A DNA stretch of 64,000 nt, taken from Pseudomonadota bacterium. Its GTDB lineage: Bacteria > Pseudomonadota > Alphaproteobacteria > Sphingomonadales > CAKZYD01. Of the stretch, positions 60,511 through 64,000 are shown piece after piece. Both the position numbers and the translations under genes were made by a program. The notes under the pieces were generated by a model that saw nothing but the letters and a program-made list of their open reading frames with translations, was not told the origin of the DNA and made no database searches. The stretch is from positions 16,851 to 80,850 of the forward strand of contig JBMOOS010000012.1 of assembly GCA_049324415.1 (NCBI GenBank), written 5' to 3'. The first letter of the stretch is position 1. Each line of letters opens with the position of its first letter.

Positions 60511-61419
60511 ATGAAGCGGGCGCTGTTGCCGCTCAATGCCTTGCGCGTCTTCGACGCCGCCGCGCGCCATTTGAGCTTCAAGAACGCCGCCGACGAGCTG
60601 GCGGTGACGCCGGCGGCGGTCAGCCAGCAGATTCGCGCCCTTGAGGATTATCTCGGGGTGGTCCTGTTCAGGCGCCAGGGGCGGGGTCTTGAGCTCACCG
60701 AGGACGCCAAGCGCGCCTTGCCGGCGCTGCGCGTCGGCTTTGAGCGTTTCGAGGAAGCGGTGCGCACGCTGCAAGCCGCCCAGCATTCGACGACGCTCAC
60801 CATTTCCGTCGCCCCGTCATTCGCGTCGAAATGGCTGGTGCCGCGGATCGAGCGCTATTATTCGGCGCGGCCCGCCATGGACGTGCGCATCCAGGCCTCC
60901 AACAAGCTGGTGAATTTCGCCGAGGAGAATATCGACCTTGCCATTCGCTATGGCGGCGGACGTTATCCCGACCTCATGGTGGAAAAGCTGATGGACGAGC
61001 GGGTCTTCCCGGTTTGCAGCCCGGCCTTGCTGGCAGGCGAGGCGGGCCTTCGCCAAGCCGCCGACCTGCTGCGTTACATACTCATCCACGACGACAGCTC
61101 GGAGGACGACCCGAGCTGCCCCACTTGGACGATGTGGCTGGCGGCGGCGGGGGTCGCCCTTGATCCGCCAACGCGCGGCCTCCATTTCAACCAGTCGCAA
61201 CTGGCCATCGAGGCCGCCGCCTTGGGCAAGGGCGTGGCCTTGGCCAAGCAGGCGATCGCCGGCGCCGACCTTGCCTCAGGCCGGCTGGTGAAACCTTTCG
61301 AGGCGGCCCATCCCGTGGATTTTGCCTATTTCCTGGTGGCGCCCGAGCCGCAATGGCGGCAGAAAAAAGTGCAGGATTTCGTTGCCTGGCTGAAGGCGGA
61401 AGCGGTGGAGGAGGCTTGA
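60511..61419 (+). CDS. LysR-family transcriptional regulator (GcvA-like)
   Basis: LPLNALRVFDAAARHLSFKNAADELAVTPAAVSQQIRALEDYLGVVLFRR HTH region. Confidence 0.9.
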   Translation: MKRALLPLNALRVFDAAARHLSFKNAADELAVTPAAVSQQIRALEDYLGVVLFRRQGRGLELTEDAKRALPALRVGFERFEEAVRTLQAAQHSTTLTISVAPSFASKWLVPRIERYYSARPAMDVRIQASNKLVNFAEENIDLAIRYGGGRYPDLMVEKLMDERVFPVCSPALLAGEAGLRQAADLLRYILIHDDSSEDDPSCPTWTMWLAAAGVALDPPTRGLHFNQSQLAIEAAALGKGVALAKQAIAGADLASGRLVKPFEAAHPVDFAYFLVAPEPQWRQKKVQDFVAWLKAEAVEEA

Positions 61420-61430
61420 GGGCCATTGGA

Positions 61431-61461
61431 CGCACCGCGAGGGCGTGCGGTTTATTTTTTT
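61431..61461 (+). terminator. weak rho-independent terminator after the LysR gene
   Basis: CGCAC-N9-GTGCG stem followed by GTTTATTTTTTT. Confidence 0.45.
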
Positions 61462-61564
61462 AAGCGCGCCGCGGACCCATGCGAGTTTCAAGACGGGCTC
61501 TTATTTCCTTTCGCCGTTTCTGTCATACTGTGGCGGTGCCAGCCGGGTTGCGAGGGGAAGGGCC

Positions 61565-62812
61565 ATGTTGGACCGTTTCATGGAAAAAACCATCGCCAAG
61601 GGAAGGCTTGTCCTGTGCTTGCCTAATGGCCGCCGCCATGCCGCCGGCGATGGCACGGGCCCCAAGGTCACCTTGCGGTTCGCCAATTGGCGGACGATGC
61701 TAGGCGTGTTGTTCAATCCCCATCTGCGCCTGGGCGAAGCCTATATGGATGGCACCCTTATCCTCGAGGAAGGCGACGTTTATGATCTCCTGTCGCTGCT
61801 TGCCCTTAACGCGAGCCAAGGCTACGGCAATCAATGGTTCGCGTTTCTAGGCAGGCTGCGCCGCGCCTGGCGGCGGGTGCAGCAATTCAACCCGGCGTTC
61901 CGCGCCCGCCGCAACGCCGCCCACCACTATGACATCGACGGGCGGGTCTATGACCTGTTTCTGGATCGCGACCGGCAATATTCCTGCGCCTATTTCAGCG
62001 ATCCGGAGATGACCCTTGACGCCGCCCAGGCGGCCAAGAAAGCCCACATCGCCCGCAAGCTGTGCCTGGCGCCCGGGCAAAGCGTCCTTGACATCGGCTG
62101 CGGCTGGGGCGGCCTTGCCCTTGACCTGGCGGGCGTCGAGGGCGCCAAGGTCACCGGCATCACCCTTTCGCAAGCCCAGCTTCGGGTCGCCGAGGAAAAG
62201 GCGCTGCGCCGCGGCCTTGCCAGCCGGGTCGATTTCCGCCTCGCCGACTATCGCGCGCTCAAAGGCCCCTTTGACCGCATCGTCTCCGTCGGCATGTTCG
62301 AGCATGTCGGGGTCGGCTATTACCGGACGTTCTTCAACCAGGTGGCGCGGCTCCTCACCCAAAACGGCGTTGCCCTTATCCACAGCATCGGGCGCAGCGA
62401 CGGGCCCGGCGCCACCAACCCTTGGATCGCCAAATACATCTTTCCCGGCGGCTATATCCCGGCGCTTTCGGAAATCCTGCCCCATATCGAGCGGGCGGGG
62501 CTTGTCCTCACCGATATCGAAGTCTGGCGCCTTCATTATGCCGAGACACTGGCCCATTGGCGGCGCCGCTTCGCGCAAAACCGCGCCAAGGCGGCGCAAT
62601 GGATCGACGAGCGTTTTTGCCGGATGTGGGAATTCTATCTCGCCGCCAGCGAAGCCTCCTTCCGCTGGGGGGGCATGGTGGTCTATCAGTTGCAAGTGGC
62701 GCGCGTTCAAGACGCGGTTCCCTTGACCCGGGATTATCTTTATGTGTCGTCTGAACCGGCAGTGGAGGAGCAGGCGATCCCATGGCGCGGCCAGCGGACC
62801 ATCCCGTCATAG
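61565..62812 (+). CDS. cfa: cyclopropane-fatty-acyl-phospholipid synthase family SAM methyltransferase
   Basis: HYDIDGRVYDLFLDRDRQYSCAYF and SAM motif VLDIGCGWGGLA. Start trimmed to ATG 61565. Confidence 0.88.
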   Translation: MLDRFMEKTIAKGRLVLCLPNGRRHAAGDGTGPKVTLRFANWRTMLGVLFNPHLRLGEAYMDGTLILEEGDVYDLLSLLALNASQGYGNQWFAFLGRLRRAWRRVQQFNPAFRARRNAAHHYDIDGRVYDLFLDRDRQYSCAYFSDPEMTLDAAQAAKKAHIARKLCLAPGQSVLDIGCGWGGLALDLAGVEGAKVTGITLSQAQLRVAEEKALRRGLASRVDFRLADYRALKGPFDRIVSVGMFEHVGVGYYRTFFNQVARLLTQNGVALIHSIGRSDGPGATNPWIAKYIFPGGYIPALSEILPHIERAGLVLTDIEVWRLHYAETLAHWRRRFAQNRAKAAQWIDERFCRMWEFYLAASEASFRWGGMVVYQLQVARVQDAVPLTRDYLYVSSEPAVEEQAIPWRGQRTIPS

Positions 62813-63801
62813 AAAAGGGCAAGGTTGGCGTCCTTCTCGTCAACCTCGGCTCGCCCGACGCGCCGACGCCCCAGGCGGTGCGGCGCTATTTGCGCGAATT
62901 CTTGTCCGACAGGCGGGTGATCGAAATCCCCCGACCCCTGTGGCTTCCCATCCTCTACGGCCCGATCTTGAGCTTTCGCCCCCGGCGCAGCGCCCGGCTT
63001 TACGAAAAAATCTGGGACACCACCCATGACGACGCGCCGCTGCGCCGCATCACCCGCGTGCAAGCGGAGAAGCTGGCGGCGCGCTTTGCTGATATGCCCC
63101 ATGTCATCGTCGATTGGGCGATGCGTTACGGCGCGCCATCGCTGGCCCAGCGCCTTGCCGCGCTCGCCGCGCAAGGCTGCGACCGGCTGCTCGTCTTCGC
63201 CCTCTATCCGCAATACGCCGCCGCCACCACGGCGAGCGTTTATGACCGGGCGTTCGATGTGTTGAAGGCGATGCGCTGGCAGCCGGCGTTGCGCACCGCG
63301 CCGCCCTATCACGATGACCCCGGCTATATCGCCGCGATCGCCGAGAGCATCGCCGCCCATGTCGCCGGCCTTGACCAACCGCCGCAAGTGGTGCTCGCTT
63401 CTTTTCATGGCTTGCCGCAACGCAGCCTGGAACAAGGCGACCCCTATCACTGCCAGTGCCAGAAAACAGGGCGCCTGGTGCGCCAGCGCCTGGGCTGGCC
63501 CGAGGGCCAGCTCGAGGTCACCTTCCAGTCCCGTTTCGGCCCCGCCGCCTGGCTGCAACCCTATACGCTGGAGCGGGCGAAGGCCTTGGCGGGCGAAGGC
63601 GTCAAAAGGCTTGCCATCATCTGCCCCGGCTTTGCCGCCGATTGCCTGGAAACCCTTGAGGAGATCGCTATCGGGCTGCGCGAAGCGTTCCTCGCCGCCG
63701 GCGGCGAGGCGTTCAGCTATATCCCCTGCCTCAACGCCGAGGAACGCCATATCGATCTCTTGGCCGCTATCGTCCGCCGCGAGGCCGCCGGCTGGATTTA
63801 G
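62782..63801 (+). CDS. hemH: ferrochelatase
   Basis: KVGVLLVNLGSPDAPTPQAVRRYLREFLSDRRVIE and ...FHGLP.... 31-nt overlap with the cfa 3' end. Confidence 0.92.
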   Translation: MARPADHPVIEKGKVGVLLVNLGSPDAPTPQAVRRYLREFLSDRRVIEIPRPLWLPILYGPILSFRPRRSARLYEKIWDTTHDDAPLRRITRVQAEKLAARFADMPHVIVDWAMRYGAPSLAQRLAALAAQGCDRLLVFALYPQYAAATTASVYDRAFDVLKAMRWQPALRTAPPYHDDPGYIAAIAESIAAHVAGLDQPPQVVLASFHGLPQRSLEQGDPYHCQCQKTGRLVRQRLGWPEGQLEVTFQSRFGPAAWLQPYTLERAKALAGEGVKRLAIICPGFAADCLETLEEIAIGLREAFLAAGGEAFSYIPCLNAEERHIDLLAAIVRREAAGWI

Positions 63802-63896
63802 CGGCGCGCGCCCTTGGTCTTAATTGACCCTTCCCGCGTTCCCGTTCTAGGCTGAATAAGTCCACCGCCACCATAACCGACACAAGGAGAGAAGCC

Positions 63897-64000
63897 ATGG
63901 CGCGCGTTGCAATCGTCACCGGAGGGACCCGCGGCATCGGGGAAGCCATTTCCATCGCGCTTCACGCCATGGGCATGAAGGTGGCGGCGATCTATGCCGG
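63897..64000 (+). CDS. SDR-family oxidoreductase, acetoacetyl-CoA-reductase-like (3' end outside the window)
   Basis: MARVAIVTGGTRGIGEAISIALHAMGMKVAAIYAG with a GGAGAGAAG RBS. Only 34 codons are visible. Confidence 0.6.
   Translation, partial: MARVAIVTGGTRGIGEAISIALHAMGMKVAAIYA

Noticed and set aside
1-64000. Search for CRISPR arrays, IS elements, integrases, prophage genes, toxin-antitoxin pairs, rRNA and tRNA
   Set aside because: None was found by eye. There are no regularly spaced direct repeats, no transposase/integrase-like ORFs and no tRNA cloverleaf. The window looks like core chromosome.

Overview
High-GC (about 65%) alphaproteobacterial chromosomal segment with no tRNA, rRNA, CRISPR array, transposase or integrase. 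Positions 1-32.7 kb form a flagellar supercluster organised much like Caulobacter. It holds flaG and two short flagellins, each with its own consensus sigma54 promoter and terminator, followed by a pseudaminic-acid type flagellin-glycosylation island (pseB/C/I, divergent pseG, three extra enzymes). Next come flgI-cheL-flbY-like genes divergent from fliX, dksA, flgF-G-A-H, and fliL-fliM with a small membrane protein. After these lie a MotE-like gene, a CheZ-like gene, two MotA-less MotB-like genes and a 1019-aa secreted TPR protein. The cluster ends with an FlhB-C-terminal paralogue plus fliO-fliP, flgB-C-fliE, fliQ-R-flhB and the cell-cycle kinase cckA. The remainder is housekeeping: recA with alphaproteobacterial LexA boxes, alaS, icd, a LOG-family gene, psd-pssA, a PadR regulator, a SPOR lipoprotein, an RND efflux pair, a CHAD gene behind tamA-tamB, a sulfate-assimilation cluster (cysG-DUF2849-cysI-DUF934-cysH), a LysR regulator, cfa, hemH and the start of an SDR gene. 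The most interesting observations are: (1) a translationally coupled trio of two MotB-like proteins and a giant periplasmic TolA-like/TPR protein, a candidate uncharacterised motor-associated module. (2) A 67-68 nt, 88% identical structured element present once inside each of two flagellar operons. (3) A regulatory layout readable from sequence: sigma54 promoters, IHF-like sites, paired GGCAA-N3-TTGCC palindromes and a CtrA-type box. (4) A 0.9-kb ORF-poor gap upstream of cysG with TTAA-N9-TTAA palindromes and a minus-strand terminator. All family assignments rest on motif recognition by eye; no database search was run.
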